From a virus (Duplodnaviria; Caudoviricetes): a stretch of 54,755 nt of DNA. The position numbers and the translations under genes were made by a program. The stretch covers positions 1 through 54,755 of IMG/VR virus record IMGVR_UViG_3300047550_001848; one strand, written 5' to 3'. The notes under the pieces were generated by a model. The model saw nothing but the letters and a program-made list of their open reading frames with translations, ran no database searches and had not been told where the DNA came from. This document shows positions 9,623 through 19,600 of this stretch, piece after piece (the first letter of the stretch is position 1; each line of letters begins with the position of its first letter).

Positions 9623-9651
9623 TTGCCACCGTTCTTACTTCGTGTTATAAG
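9623..9651 (+). promoter_or_regulatory. Sigma70-like promoter
   Basis: TTGCCA-N17-TATAAG with TGn extended -10. Confidence 0.6.
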
Positions 9652-9660
9652 ATCTCTGTA

Positions 9661-9735
9661 TCTGGGGATTTACCTATATCGACTGTCCCAGCAGACCTAG
9701 TAGGGACGATATGGGGAGTGCTACTACACGAAAGG
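9661..9735 (+). ncRNA. Candidate structured cis-regulatory RNA (pseudoknotted 5' leader)
   Basis: Three interleaved helices: 9662-9666/9687-9691, 9673-9681/9707-9715, 9698-9703/9721-9726. Confidence 0.5.
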
Positions 9736-9741
9736 TTTATC

Positions 9742-10281
9742 ATGGCTCAATCTACTTTTGATGGTCCGATTCGTTCGCTTGGCGGTATTTTCCAGCAGGG
9801 CGCGGGTTCAGTTATTACGATCACTGCCAGCGCGACGCTCAATCCCACGGACCACGGGGGGCGTATTCTTGCTGTTGGAGGGTCGCTGGCTGCAAACGTT
9901 GTCCTGACGCTGCCGACGATCAACACGACCGCTAGCTCGGCTTCGGCGGGGCCGGGGTATGACCCGAACACCCCTAATAACCTCGGTGTGACGTATACCA
10001 TTTGGGTGCCGACGACGATTAGCACTTCGTCGCTCAAGATCGGTACGGACGGTACGGACAAGTATGTTGGGTATGTCCTGTCTATCGATAGTGACACGAC
10101 TGATGCGACTCGTGGTTTTGGTGCGGCTGCGACGAATGATTTCATCAATTTCAATGGCTCCACGACGGGTGGAATAGCCGGTACTTGGGTGCAGATTGTC
10201 GCGCTTGCCGCCCTCAAGTACATGGTGACTGGGGTAGCCGTGGGGTCTGGCACGGTCGCTACACCGTTTGCGGACAGCTAA
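9742..10281 (+). CDS. Virion structural protein (Thr/Ser/Gly-rich, possible head fibre/decoration)
   Basis: ATG 9742 with AAAGG SD; beta-rich composition. Confidence 0.7.
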   Translation: MAQSTFDGPIRSLGGIFQQGAGSVITITASATLNPTDHGGRILAVGGSLAANVVLTLPTINTTASSASAGPGYDPNTPNNLGVTYTIWVPTTISTSSLKIGTDGTDKYVGYVLSIDSDTTDATRGFGAAATNDFINFNGSTTGGIAGTWVQIVALAALKYMVTGVAVGSGTVATPFADS

Positions 10282-10293
10282 TAGTTGGTTCTC

Positions 10294-10309
10294 GGGGGCT
10301 TCGGCCCCC
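10294..10309 (+). other. GC hairpin with cUUCGg tetraloop (mRNA stabiliser or weak terminator)
   Basis: GGGGGC-TTCG-GCCCCC in an intergenic position. Confidence 0.6.
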
Positions 10310-10332
10310 TGTACCTTCTTTGGAGAACAGCT

Positions 10333-10638
10333 ATGTCTATGCAAACTGACGTACTCGCCAGTGTGCCGCTTACTGCGAGCGGCGCTTTTACCGACCAAGC
10401 GACTAACGCTATCCAGCGTACTCGCGTCAAATCCATCTACATTGTCCCTTCGGGTACTGCCGGGTCACTTGTAATCAAGGACGGCGGGGCTTCGGGTACG
10501 ACGCTTTTGACCATCGATACAGTGGCGTCTGCAACGCAGCCAACTTACTTGCTGCTTCCCGGTGAAGGGGTTTTGGCGCGTACGTCGGTATACGGTGTGG
10601 TCACTAATTTGGGTTCCGCGACTATTTTCTACGGGTGA
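10333..10638 (+). CDS. Small beta-sandwich virion protein
   Basis: GGAG SD before ATG 10333. Confidence 0.7.
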   Translation: MSMQTDVLASVPLTASGAFTDQATNAIQRTRVKSIYIVPSGTAGSLVIKDGGASGTTLLTIDTVASATQPTYLLLPGEGVLARTSVYGVVTNLGSATIFYG

Positions 10639-10641
10639 CCT

Positions 10642-11388
10642 GTGCAAAATCAAAAAGGTTACGATCTCGCTGGTAAAAAGTTGATGATCGGGCTACCTGC
10701 GTACGACCATAAAGTCGGCGTAAAAATGGCGATTTCGCTGATGCGGTTTGCCCAAATGGCGTTGGAATACGGCGTTACGATTCAAGTTAGCAGCATTTGC
10801 GGCTGCTCGGTGGTTACCCGTGCGCGGAATATGATCGCTGATGAGTTCATGAAGTCTGATTGCGATCACTTGCTCTTTATCGACGCAGATATGTCGTTCC
10901 AACCGGAGTCAATTATCCGGCTGCTTGCGTTTGGGCAAGAAAAACCTATCGTTGCCGGGGCTTACGAAGCGCGTAAGGCAGGTAAAGTTTACATCCTTAC
11001 GCTTGACCACGACAAGGATGGCAACGTCATCATGGATCCCATGGGGCTTGTAAAGGCACGCCGGGTAGCGACTGGGTTCATGATGATCCAGCGGCAGGTA
11101 TTTGAAACCCTAGCAAGGCTACACCCTGAGTGGTACCACAAGGACGTCAATTCGGACAACATGCTGTATAGCTTCTTTGACTTTCTTGTCACCCCGGAAG
11201 GCTACGTTGGCGAAGACTTTTTGTTCTGCCAACGCGCGATTGATGCGGGGTATACATGCTGGATTGACCCGACGATCAAGCTAGGCCACATGGGCATTCA
11301 TGAGTACGAGAGCGACTTCGGCAATGACGTTCTATATCCTCGGCTTCAAGCTACACAAGAACCCGAATTAAAGGTTGCATATGGCTAA
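10642..11388 (+). CDS. GT-A fold (GT2-like) glycosyltransferase
   Basis: IGLPAY, ARN, LLFIDAD (DxD), GEDFLFC, GH motifs. Confidence 0.8.
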   Translation: MQNQKGYDLAGKKLMIGLPAYDHKVGVKMAISLMRFAQMALEYGVTIQVSSICGCSVVTRARNMIADEFMKSDCDHLLFIDADMSFQPESIIRLLAFGQEKPIVAGAYEARKAGKVYILTLDHDKDGNVIMDPMGLVKARRVATGFMMIQRQVFETLARLHPEWYHKDVNSDNMLYSFFDFLVTPEGYVGEDFLFCQRAIDAGYTCWIDPTIKLGHMGIHEYESDFGNDVLYPRLQATQEPELKVAYG

Positions 11389-11635
11389 GTCCCCAGCATG
11401 GCAACGCAAAGAAGGCAAAAGTCCCTCTGGTGGTTTGAATGCCAAGGGGAGAGCTTCTTACAATCGGGCGAACCCCGGCAAGCCGGGGCTGAAAGCCCCA
11501 CAACCCGAAGGTGGTCCGCGTCGAGATTCTTTTTGCGCCCGGATGGAAGGGATGAAGAAGAAACTGACGAGCAAGAAGACCGCCAGCGATCCGAATAGTC
11601 GGATAAATAAAAGTCTTAGGGCGTGGAACTGCTGA
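11381..11635 (+). CDS. Small basic protein (DUF6321-like)
   Basis: GGLNAKGRASYN...RRDSFCARM...SLRAWNC. Confidence 0.75.
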   Translation: MAKSPAWQRKEGKSPSGGLNAKGRASYNRANPGKPGLKAPQPEGGPRRDSFCARMEGMKKKLTSKKTASDPNSRINKSLRAWNC

Positions 11636-11636
11636 C

Positions 11637-11828
11637 ATGGCAACGATCCCCGACCATGCAAAAGCCGCTTTTGACGTCACTTCTGTCTTCGCGGCTTTTG
11701 GCGCATTTTTCGAGTATTTACCCACCGCCGCTGCGCTATTCAGCCTTATCTGGACCGGACTGCGGATTGCGGAAATGGTTTCTGGCAAACCGTTTCATGA
11801 ACTGATCAAAAGGAAACAAAATGGCTGA
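11637..11828 (+). CDS. Small membrane protein (holin-like)
   Basis: 63 aa, hydrophobic core, basic C-terminus. Confidence 0.55.
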   Translation: MATIPDHAKAAFDVTSVFAAFGAFFEYLPTAAALFSLIWTGLRIAEMVSGKPFHELIKRKQNG

Positions 11829-12078
11829 CAATAAAAAAGCGCCTCCGCCGCGACTCGTGTCTCAGCGCACGCCCCCGCTCGATTTGACACCTTCGCAACT
11901 TGAAGCATGGGAAGCCGCGAGGGACAAAATGGTTAGAGAAGAAGAAACAAAACGTGGCGGCGCACCTACACCGGATAAACCGGGAAGACTTTTTAGACGA
12001 GGCGGCTCCGTAGGCTCTGCGTCCCGTCGTGCGGACGGCATTGCTCAACGTGGTAAGACGAAAGGGCGGTTTGTATAA
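11821..12078 (+). CDS. Small basic protein with FRRGG and RADGIAQRGKTKG motifs
   Basis: AGGA SD; coupled to neighbours. Confidence 0.75.
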   Translation: MADNKKAPPPRLVSQRTPPLDLTPSQLEAWEAARDKMVREEETKRGGAPTPDKPGRLFRRGGSVGSASRRADGIAQRGKTKGRFV

Positions 12079-12575
12079 TGCCGTCAAAATCTCCAGCGCA
12101 ACACCGGCTTATGACGGCTGTCGCTAACAACCCAAAGTTTGCCGAAAAGGTTGGTATTCCGCAGACGGTTGGGAAAGAATTCGCTTCGGCGGATAAACGT
12201 AGTAGCGGGTATAGCACCAAGGCGATGATTAACCGCCCAGATACCCGGCATGGTAGCATCGATATGCCGTATACAGGCGTCCTTAGTCATGTAGGAAAGA
12301 GGCAGGGAGGTGCAGTGATGCGTTCAAAGCGTGATATCGCCGTCGATCAAATAAGCATGGCTCCTTTTAGGAAAGGAAACGCTGTGAAAGAACCTAAAGC
12401 AATGATGAAGAAAGAGATCGCCTTCATGCAAAAGAAGGGCGCCCCGAAGTCGATGCTTGCACACGAGAAGCGGGAAGCTCGTGAGGCGGGTTACGCCCGT
12501 GGGGGTGGCATTGAGCGCCGGGGCAAGACTAAGGGTACGATGATTAAGATGAACCGTGGTGGACGGGCGTGCTAA
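12078..12575 (+). CDS. Basic modular protein with several xxGG motifs
   Basis: TAATG coupling; K/R/M-rich. Confidence 0.75.
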   Translation: MPSKSPAQHRLMTAVANNPKFAEKVGIPQTVGKEFASADKRSSGYSTKAMINRPDTRHGSIDMPYTGVLSHVGKRQGGAVMRSKRDIAVDQISMAPFRKGNAVKEPKAMMKKEIAFMQKKGAPKSMLAHEKREAREAGYARGGGIERRGKTKGTMIKMNRGGRAC

Positions 12576-12860
12576 GTGCGACCTTCGCGCGGTATGGGTG
12601 CAATACGCCCAAGTAAAGTACCAAAGCCCCGCAGGGTTGTGAAGCGAGATGGGCCACAGCCCGTCTCGCTGTTTAGCAAGGGGGGTATAAGCCGCGTCAA
12701 TCAAGCAGGCAACTACACCAAACCCGGGATGCGGGAGTCGCTGTTTAGGAGCATTAAGTCCCGGGCAGTGCAGGGTACCAAAGCAGGACAATGGAGTGCC
12801 CGTAAGGCGCAACTGTTGGCGAAGCAGTATAAAGCCAAGGGCGGGGGCTACCGCGATTGA
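12576..12860 (+). CDS. Small basic protein (GQWSARKAQ motif)
   Basis: Abuts the upstream stop; overlaps the downstream start. Confidence 0.7.
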   Translation: MRPSRGMGAIRPSKVPKPRRVVKRDGPQPVSLFSKGGISRVNQAGNYTKPGMRESLFRSIKSRAVQGTKAGQWSARKAQLLAKQYKAKGGGYRD

Positions 12861-13090
12861 AAGCCCCCCAACAAAGCCTGAAGGCATGGACGCAGCAGCG
12901 TTGGACAACCAAGTCAGGGAAGCCCTCCAGCAAAACCGGGGAGCGGTATCTGCCCGAGGCCGCTATCAAGTCCCTGAGTCCCGCTGAATATGCCGCCACC
13001 ACCCGAGCTAAGCGAGCGGGTACGAGGGTTGGAAAACAGTTTGTTGCCCAGCCCAAGAGCATCGCCAAGAAGACTGCGAGGTTCCGATAA
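12857..13090 (+). CDS. Small basic protein (DUF5872-like)
   Basis: QQSLKAWTQQRWTTKSGK...GERYLP. Confidence 0.7.
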   Translation: MKAPQQSLKAWTQQRWTTKSGKPSSKTGERYLPEAAIKSLSPAEYAATTRAKRAGTRVGKQFVAQPKSIAKKTARFR

Positions 13091-13815
13091 TGGTTGCGAA
13101 AACGACGGCAACGACGGATTTCAACCTTGACCTTAATGCGTTGGTTGAGGAAGCGTTTGAGCGCTGTGGCGCGGAACTTCGTTCTGGCTATGATTTCCGT
13201 ACGGCGCGTCGTTCTCTGAACCTGCTAACCATTGAGTGGGCGAACAGAGGAATCAATCTCTGGACGATTGAGCAAGGCTCTCAGGTGCTGACCTACAACG
13301 AGTCTACTTATGATATCCCGGTCGACACCATCGACCTGTTGGATCACGTCATTCGCACGGGTACGGGCGCGAACCAGATCGATATCAATATCTCTCGTAT
13401 TTCGGTAAGTACCTACGCAACGATCCCTAACAAGAACGCCACGGGGCGCCCGATCCAAGTGTGGTTCCAGCGCAAGACCGGCGCGACGGACGCAGCCAGT
13501 GTTGTACAGTACCCCCAGATCCACGTTTGGCCTAAGCCGGATAGTTCGCAAACTTATACGTTCGTTTACTGGCGGCTGCGTCGGATATTGGATGCGGGTA
13601 ACGGTATCAACGGCCAAGATATTCCCTTCCGCTTCCTGCCCTGCATGGTTTCGGGGCTAGCGTACTATCTGGCGCAAAAGATCCCCGGGGTTGACCCCAA
13701 CCGCCGTGCGGAACTCAAGATGGACTACGAGCAGCAGTTCCAGCTTGCAGCCGATGAGGATCGGGAAAAAGCCCCGGTACGGTTCGTGCCCCGCCAGATG
13801 TTCCTCGGTGCGTAG
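13090..13815 (+). CDS. Head-tail adaptor / tail tubular protein A-like
   Basis: EEAFERCG, RRSLNLL, VWPKPD, PFRFLPC; position in the late operon. Confidence 0.65.
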   Translation: MVAKTTATTDFNLDLNALVEEAFERCGAELRSGYDFRTARRSLNLLTIEWANRGINLWTIEQGSQVLTYNESTYDIPVDTIDLLDHVIRTGTGANQIDINISRISVSTYATIPNKNATGRPIQVWFQRKTGATDAASVVQYPQIHVWPKPDSSQTYTFVYWRLRRILDAGNGINGQDIPFRFLPCMVSGLAYYLAQKIPGVDPNRRAELKMDYEQQFQLAADEDREKAPVRFVPRQMFLGA

Positions 13816-13823
13816 GTGTTACG

Positions 13824-14249
13824 ATGCCTAATCGGTTCGCGTCTGGTAAATACGCAATCGCGGAATGCGATAGGTGCGGGTTTCGGTATAAGCTAACCCA
13901 GCTTAAAGCCCTTGTCGTCAAGACAAAAAATGTGAACATCATGGTCTGCCCCACCTGTTGGGATCCAGATCATCCTCAGTTGCAGCTTGGTATGTACCCT
14001 GTGGATGACCCGCAGGCAGTGCGCAACCCCCGCCCCGATGTAAGTTATACTACGTCCGGTACGACTGGGTTGCAGATACAGTCGGAAGGTACTGGACCTT
14101 TGGCAGTAGGGTACCCCGGGGCAGGGAGCCGAATTATTCAGTGGGGGTGGGCTCCTGTCGGAGGGGCGGCTGCGGATGACGCTGGGTTGACCCCTAATAA
14201 CCTAGCTTTGACCATAAGCATTGGCGCGGTTACGGTAGTTACTACCTAG
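13824..14249 (+). CDS. Hypothetical protein with N-terminal CxxC...CxxC zinc motif
   Basis: ECDRCG...VCPTCWD. Confidence 0.75.
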   Translation: MPNRFASGKYAIAECDRCGFRYKLTQLKALVVKTKNVNIMVCPTCWDPDHPQLQLGMYPVDDPQAVRNPRPDVSYTTSGTTGLQIQSEGTGPLAVGYPGAGSRIIQWGWAPVGGAAADDAGLTPNNLALTISIGAVTVVTT

Positions 14250-14258
14250 GAGATTGAA

Positions 14259-14411
14259 ATGAATGAGAAACAAGTCAAGCAAATTGCTGATAAAGAAGTT
14301 CGCGTGCATGAAAAGCGTATGCATGGCATGAAAAAGGGTGGCGTAACCAGCATGGAGGCCAAAAAGTATGGCCGTAATGTGGCGCGGGCTATGAACCAAA
14401 GGAGCAAATAA
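14259..14411 (+). CDS. 50-aa basic protein with MKKGG motif (absent from the ORF track)
   Basis: AGGAG SD; MNEKQVKQIADKEVRVHEKRMHGMKKGGVTSMEAKKYGRNVARAMNQRSK; TAATG coupling to the next gene. Confidence 0.75.
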   Translation: MNEKQVKQIADKEVRVHEKRMHGMKKGGVTSMEAKKYGRNVARAMNQRSK

Positions 14412-14611
14412 TGGCTCAGGAATTTAAGTTCTTTGATGTGGGTACTGACCGTCCAATTGGTAAGTACACTCAACCGAAGCCCAATACGCATAAACCCGGT
14501 AACCAAGCCGACACTGGATACCCGCAAACCGATATCAAGACGGACGGGATTCAGATGCGTGGGTTTGGGGCAGCAACCAAAGGTAAAATGTGCCGCGGTC
14601 CAATGGCATAA
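14411..14611 (+). CDS. Small basic protein with RGFGAATKG motif
   Basis: AGGAG SD; coupled. Confidence 0.75.
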   Translation: MAQEFKFFDVGTDRPIGKYTQPKPNTHKPGNQADTGYPQTDIKTDGIQMRGFGAATKGKMCRGPMA

Positions 14612-14623
14612 CAGGAAGCAATT

Positions 14624-15355
14624 GTGAATTACACTACCCTGTTCAATACGATTAAGGCGTATGTGGAGTCGGATTTCCCGTCTACGTCGTTTACTGGTAC
14701 GGACAATAGCAGCACTGCGGTTGTTACAAGTTCGGATCAAATCAACACGTTTATTGAGCAGGCTGAACTTCGTATTTACAACACGATTCAGTTTCCTTCG
14801 CTACGAAAAAATGTTACTGGCACAACCTATGGGGGCAATAAATATCTCTCTTGCCCTATAGACTTTCTGTCTGTGTACTCGATGGCAGTAATTGACGGGG
14901 ATGGGGTGTATCATTATTTGTTGAACAAAGACGTTAGCTATCTGCGGGAAGCATTTCCAACGAATAGTGCTGGGGATCAAGATGTGCCGCAGTACTATGC
15001 GATCTTTGGGCCAACCACTACGGATGCCGAACCCCCCGCAATCACTACAGAACTGTCGTTTATCCTAGCCCCCACCCCAGATACCGCCTACACAATAGAG
15101 TTGCATTATTACTACTACCCAGAAAGCATAACTACGGCGGCTAGCGGGCAGACTTGGCTTGGAGATAACTACGACGCTGCGTTGCTTTACGGGGCGCTCG
15201 TTGAGGCGTGTACGTTCCTGAAGGGCGAACCGGATATGATGGCAAGATACGATGCTAAATATCAGGAATCGCTTGGACAAGCAAAACGTCTGGGTGATGG
15301 GCTAGAGCGTCAGGATGCGTACCGGTCCGGGCAGTACCGCCAAGGGGTGAACTAA
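14624..15355 (+). CDS. Tail adaptor/tubular protein
   Basis: FIEQAELRIY, PQYYA, LAPTPD..Y.IELHY, LLYGALVEA. Confidence 0.65.
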   Translation: MNYTTLFNTIKAYVESDFPSTSFTGTDNSSTAVVTSSDQINTFIEQAELRIYNTIQFPSLRKNVTGTTYGGNKYLSCPIDFLSVYSMAVIDGDGVYHYLLNKDVSYLREAFPTNSAGDQDVPQYYAIFGPTTTDAEPPAITTELSFILAPTPDTAYTIELHYYYYPESITTAASGQTWLGDNYDAALLYGALVEACTFLKGEPDMMARYDAKYQESLGQAKRLGDGLERQDAYRSGQYRQGVN

Positions 15356-15792
15356 TGCCTTTCACAGGTAATTACGCAACCAATACCTATAAAAATGGGC
15401 TCAATACAGGGACTTTTGACCTAAGTGCGAGCACCACACAGGTGTTTAAGATAGCGCTGTACACGAATGCCGCAACGCTGGATTACACCACTACGACGTA
15501 TACTGCTACTGGGGAAGTAGCAGATACGGGGTACACCGCTGGGGGTGAGATTTTAGTAGTAACCCAAGTTCCCACCGTGGGGGCCAGCGGTACAATTTCG
15601 TATTATTCATTTGCCAATGCGTCTTGGGCGGGGGCGATTACGGCACGCGGGGCTTTGATATATAAGTACGACGGAATAAGCAATCCCGCGATGTTGGTGC
15701 TGGATTTCGGGAGCAATAAGACGTCTACTACGACGTTTACTGTGCAGTTCCCTGCGGCAACTAATACAACTGCGCTTGTTCGTATTTCTTAG
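15355..15792 (+). CDS. Virion (tail/fibre-base) protein
   Basis: FKIALYT, GYTAGG, RGALIY, VLDFG. Confidence 0.65.
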   Translation: MPFTGNYATNTYKNGLNTGTFDLSASTTQVFKIALYTNAATLDYTTTTYTATGEVADTGYTAGGEILVVTQVPTVGASGTISYYSFANASWAGAITARGALIYKYDGISNPAMLVLDFGSNKTSTTTFTVQFPAATNTTALVRIS

Positions 15793-15803
15793 GAGTACCC
15801 TAA

Positions 15804-16379
15804 ATGGAAGTAAAAAGTGTAGGTAAGGATAGTGTGCTGGCGGGGCTATCGTGCGGTACGCATCCTCATGACGCCGCACGGGCTTTTGGTAAATTCAAAA
15901 TTCAGTGCCTCGATAAAGACGGTAACCTTAAATGGGAAGCCGAGGAGCATAATCTGGTTGTTAACGTCGGGCTGCAATATATGTGTGGCACGGCTTTGAC
16001 CAGTGTTGCCCAAATTACGACGTGGTATCTAGGGTTGTACGGGGCAGGCGCATCTAATACCCCGGCGGCGGGGGATACGATGTCCTCACATGCGGGGTGG
16101 ACAGAGGTTACGCCCTATAGCAACGCGACCCGCCCAACGTGTACGTTTGCAACTGCGACAACTGCGAATCCCTCGGTAGCCACTAATAGTGCCTCTACGG
16201 CTTCGTTTACCATCAACGCTTCCTCCACAGTCGGCGGGGCCTTTTTGGTTTCAAATAGCACTAAGGGGGGCTCAACCGGTACGCTCTTTTCGGCAGCGGA
16301 TTTCTCTTCTCCGGGGGATCGTAGCGTGGTGTCTGGGGACACTTTGAACGTTACTTATACGTTTAGTTTGTCGGGTTGA
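15804..16379 (+). CDS. Virion structural protein
   Basis: AGGAG SD; NLVVNVG...GDTLNVTY. Confidence 0.7.
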   Translation: MEVKSVGKDSVLAGLSCGTHPHDAARAFGKFKIQCLDKDGNLKWEAEEHNLVVNVGLQYMCGTALTSVAQITTWYLGLYGAGASNTPAAGDTMSSHAGWTEVTPYSNATRPTCTFATATTANPSVATNSASTASFTINASSTVGGAFLVSNSTKGGSTGTLFSAADFSSPGDRSVVSGDTLNVTYTFSLSG

Positions 16380-16389
16380 TAGGTAGCTT

Positions 16390-16605
16390 ATGAAAATCAA
16401 CTTCGAATTTCAAACTCCTCACGGCAAGTTTGCTGACGCTCTGCATCTGCCAGACGACCATACGTTTTCGGATGCAGAGATTGAGGCAATGAAGGAGCAG
16501 CGGCGGGACAATTGGATCGCGGCGGTGACTACCCCACCGGTCGAGGATACGTCTCCGGAAACTATTGAAATTGGGGGTGTGAAGTACGTGAAGGTTAAGG
16601 AGTAA
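16390..16605 (+). CDS. Small acidic hypothetical protein (possible fibre chaperone)
   Basis: 71 aa, AGGT SD, directly before the giant adhesin. Confidence 0.65.
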   Translation: MKINFEFQTPHGKFADALHLPDDHTFSDAEIEAMKEQRRDNWIAAVTTPPVEDTSPETIEIGGVKYVKVKE

Positions 16606-16607
16606 CT

Positions 16608-19600
16608 GTGGCGGATCGCTACTGGGTTGGCGGCAGCGGAAGCTGGAACTCAACGACAAAGTGGGCGACATCTTCCGGCGGGGCGTCGGGTGCATCTGTG
16701 CCGACCTCAACCGATAATGCTATTTTTGACGCTAATTCTGGTTCGGGGGCGGTACATTATACGGTTACGGTAACCGCAAGTTCTACTTGTGCAAATCTAA
16801 CGTTTACCCCTGTTGCAGCAAACGGAGTAACCCAGTTTGTAGTTGATACCGGTTTTGTAATCGCTGGCACGTTCTCAACAAGCGGTACACAAGGAAATCG
16901 TCGAGCGTGGTTTTATTCGTCAACCTATGGTCTTTTGCGCGACATGCAAATTGCCACCATTGGAACTGTAACCGACGTAGACTTTAGAGACATTAGGGTT
17001 ACAGGAGCAGGCGGGACGCTATCAGGCACTCGCCTTGGGGATCTGAAGGGGTGTAGTGGAATTACGTTCGATGCGCCAAAGACGGTGTATTGGAACCTTG
17101 CTGCTGGCGGCAACTGGTCGGCTACTGCGTGGGCTGCTACATCTGGCGGGGCTGTAAGCACTAATAATTTCCCCTTAGCGCAAGACACCGCGATTATTGA
17201 AAATACAGGGCTGAACACTAGCGCAACAGTAACTTGGGATAATGTAATTACGTACTCAGGTACGCTTGATATGTCCACTCGTAGTAATGCTATGACATTC
17301 GCTACGGGGACAACGACACCTACAATTTATGGCGATTGGAAAAACGGTGCTGGCGTTACCTTTACCGGAACCGGCATTATTACTTTTAGTGGACGTAATA
17401 CGCAGACTATTACTTCTTCTGGAAAAACATTTACCCAACCTCTTACAGTTGATTCCTATGGGGGTACTGTTCAACTTGCTGATGCTTTGAACATTGGCGC
17501 AACCACTCTCACCGTCACCAACGGTACGTTTAGTACGCAGAACTTTAACGTCACGGCGGGAGTGCTGTCTTCTAGTAACTCCAATGTGCGTGCAATCCAG
17601 CTTGGCAGTAGCACGGTTACATTAAGTGTAACAGGAGCGGTTTCGTTTACCACATCAACAAACCTTACTCTTAACGCTGGAACATCACAAATAACTCTCA
17701 CGGACCCTGCGCCAACATTTGCGGGTGGGACAGGACTTACCTTTTATAACTTAACTTTTTCAGGAATCGGCGCTGGGAGTATCGCAACATTTACAGGCAC
17801 TAGCGTTTTCAATAACGTGTCCGTAACATCCAACGCCTCCGCGGGTTTGGTTATTGTGACTTTTCAAAATAACCAGACTATCGACGGCACCCTTACTGTT
17901 GCTGGTGCTTCAGCGGTTCGTCGTATTTTTTTGCGTTCGAACACAATCGGTACAACCCGCACTTTGACGGTCAATAGCCTGTCGGCTGATGATTGCGACT
18001 TCCGCGACATCACAATTGCGGGCACTGCGGCTGGCTCATCTCCGACGCGAGCGGGAGATTGCGGGGGTAATTCGGGGGTTACTTTTCCCTCAACTAAAAC
18101 TGTTTACTGGAATCTTTCCGGTGCGCAAAACTGGAGCGCCACTGGTTGGGCAACGACAAGCGGCGGCTCTCCTGCGCTTAACAACTTTCCGCTAGCCCAA
18201 GATACTGCGGTATTTGACAACACCGGTAGCGTAACAGGTACGATTACGATTAACGCTGCATGGAATATTGGTACGTTTGATGCGTCTGCTCGCACCAGCG
18301 CAATGACGCTAACGACCAGCACCATTGCGCCATTTATCTACGGTGATTGGAAGTTTGGTACCGGGGTTACATCGTCAAGCACCACGGGTGCTGTTACTTT
18401 CGGGAAACGTGGTACACAAACTATTACCAGTAATGGCGTAACTTTTGGGTGCCCAGTAACCATTAACGCCGCTTCAGGTACAACTCAACTTGCAGATGCA
18501 TTGGCACTTGGATCTACTCGCACACTCACCGTCACTAGCGGTACGTTTGACGCTGTTAGCTACAGCGTGACGACTGGACTATTTACTTTATCTGCGGCTA
18601 CTGGCACCTTACAAATGGGGTCTGGAACGTGGACGCTGTCTGGTACGGGGGCGGTATGGACAAATACGGGGGGTACTTTTTATAAGAGCACCGCCAACAT
18701 AGTTTTATCTGATACATCAACTACGGCGCGTACTTTTGCCGGAGGGGGTCGTTCCTACAATAAGCTTACTATAGGAGGAACGACCGGTATATCAACATTG
18801 ACAATCACGGGCAATAATCAATTCACCGAGCTTGCCTCTACCAAAACCGTTGCCCACACCATTGCTCTTGGCACCACGACACAAACTCTCGGTGCATGGA
18901 CAGTTACGGGGGCGATAGGTAACGTAGTCACTGTTACGGGGACCGCCACGGTCACCATCGCGGGCGCGCGAGTTACCGGGGTTGACTATCTTGCTCTCGG
19001 AACGACCGTAGTTAGCGCTACAAGCCCGGCGGAGTTTTACGCAGGGGCAAATTCTACCGGTGGTACAAATGCTATTTTGACTGCGGCTCCGGCAGGGGTA
19101 ACGCGGTATTGGGTTGGAGGTTCTGGAACATGGGATGCTACTACGACCTCGCATTGGTCCGCTACATCCGGGGGAGCTACTGGGGCTAGTGTCCCCACCT
19201 CCGCAGATGCTGTGGTCTTTGATTCTGCCTCCAACGCTACCGCGTATACAGTGACTTGCACGGCGACCCAACTGCGCTGTGGCTCTCTGACGATCTCTGG
19301 CCCTGCATCGGGCAACGTGACTTGGGCGGGGACTGCACCTTTAGCCATTCATGGGGACGTAAGTCTGCCAGCTACTGGGATTACACGCTCGTATACAGGG
19401 GGTATTACATTAACTAGCTCGTCAACGGGTAGAACGTTTACTACAAATGGTATAGTTTTAGCAAGCGCAGTTACCGTAAATGGTGTTGGGTGTGGTTGGA
19501 CACTCGGAAGCGCTATAGATATCGGTTCGTCCGTATTAACGGTTACCAATGGGTCTTTTAGTACAGGCAATTATGCCGTTACTGCGCAGTCTCTATCTTC

